The notes under the pieces: generated by a model | Seen by the model: only the letters and a program-made list of their open reading frames with translations | Told to the model about the DNA's origin: nothing | Databases searched by the model: none | Shown here: piece by piece, positions 62,852 to 64,000 of the stretch | Numbering within the stretch: position 1 is the stretch's first letter | Layout of the letters: every line of letters starts with the position of its first letter | Program-made: the position numbers and the translations under genes | Assembly (NCBI GenBank): GCA_038087875.1 | Contig: CM075978.1 | Location: 12,090,001 to 12,154,000, forward strand | Reading direction: 5' to 3' | Source: Malacoraja senta | Taxonomy: Eukaryota | DNA: 64,000 bases

Positions 62852-63190
62852 TAAAAATATCCATTGACATGGCCTCCACGGCCGTCTGTGGCAATGAATT
62901 CCACAGATTCACCACTCTCTGACTAAAGAAATTCCTCCTCATCTCCTTTCTTAAGTTGTCCTTTCATTCTAAGGCTAGGGCCTCTGGTCCTAGACTCTCC
63001 CACTAGTGGAAACATCTCCGCATTGACTCTATCCAGGCCTTTCACTATATCTGAAAATGGAATTTCTCAGAGATAAATAATTGACACATTACTTGAAAAA
63101 AAACCCAGGGCCGTTCTAATTAGGCTGGCTTTTGTAAAAGGCTTTTCACCGTGTCAGTGTCCCAAAAAACGTTACAAGTGCAAAAGGTAC

Positions 63191-63490
63191 GGGGCGGCAC
63201 GGTGGCGCAGCGGTAGAGTTGCTGTCTTACAGCACCAGAGACCCAGGTTCGATCCTGACCACTGATGTTGTCTGTATGGAGTTTGTACTATTCCCTGTAA
63301 CCTTGTGGGTTTTCTCTGGGTACTCCAGATTCCTCCCAAAGACATTCAGGTTTGTAGGCTAATTGGTTTAGTATAATAGTAAATTTTCCCTAGTGTGTGT
63401 AGGATAGTGTTAGTGTGCGGGGTGATTGCTGGTCGGCGCGGACTCGGTTAGCCGAAGGGCCTGTTTCCGCACTGTAACTCTGAACTAAAC
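63191..63490 (+). mobile_element. HE1-type V-SINE
   Basis: ggggcggcacggtggcgcagcgg A box, GGTTCGATCC B box, tail. Confidence 0.9.
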
Positions 63491-64000
63491 AGAATTATAG
63501 AATAGAATATGTTGCAGCCAATTTTCTGGATTATGAGGTGCGTGATTAACATTGAGTCATAGCCCGCACCTGAAACTCGCTGCATGCAAAATATATCAAA
63601 CTCAGCAGCAGGGTATGCAGGACAAATGATGTAGAAAGTGAAAAAAAAAACACAATTGTTCCCCTGAGCTTAGAGCAGAGCTACATTTGTGATAAGCTTC
63701 ATCTGGGGAAGCTGATATTAGGTGGAGTGAGTGGCAGAGGAATGTTGCAACTGCAAATAAATATAGTCACTTAAAATCTCACTCAACAGAATGCTTTATG
63801 AGATTGGATAAAATCATCCATCTCCCCAATGTTTCACCTTCAGATGCTTATGATGTAAAAAAAAATAGAAAAACAAATTTGCTTCTGGAAATTGGGTCTG
63901 GAACAATTGGAAACTCAAAACACAATGGTGAGGAAGTTTGGGGGCCAGAGAAGAAAGGAATTACTTGAATGCCCTGGGAATTGGTTTTAACCAGTTGGCT

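Larger units (their letters stand above)
62437..63047 (-). mobile_element. CR1/HER1-type 3' fragment hosting the DIRS right junction and the 62510-62851 insert
   Basis: ctcctgccttctccccataac..; aatgaattccacagattcaccac; tagactctcccactagtggaaacatc. Confidence 0.85.

Noticed and set aside
63191-63262. tRNA genes (A/B boxes) at many positions
   Set aside because: Each continues into a V-domain and a CR1-like tail, so they are SINE heads

Overview
Vertebrate genomic DNA dominated by transposable elements. The repeat families (HE1-type V-SINEs with (CTAAA)n tails, CR1/HER1-type LINE ends, Penelope-like elements) point to a cartilaginous fish, probably a skate or ray; this is an inference. I could not support any host exon, tRNA/rRNA gene or CRISPR array, and the ORF track is almost entirely TE debris. 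Main elements: (1) a 5'-truncated L1 with a 16-bp TSD (34-2677); (2) a heavily eroded Gypsy pol fossil (~10.6-11.4 kb); (3) a Penelope-like element (RT + GIY-YIG, ~30.66-32.58 kb) whose terminal repeat carries a minimal hammerhead ribozyme motif that recurs about 20 times in the window, as solo, inverted and tandem units; (4) PIF/Harbinger and Tigger-like MITEs; (5) an AFC-like CORE-SINE resembling teleost elements; (6) a GC-rich non-coding retroposon family with a conserved hairpin and swapped L2/Rex1 tails; (7) a DIRS1 retrotransposon with intact termini but decayed ORFs (57637-62436; ITRs, ICR and an ATT crossover core). Two repeat-free islands carry clustered PBX-HOX plus MEIS motifs. Family names come from motif recognition by eye, not database searches, and boundaries of old elements are approximate.
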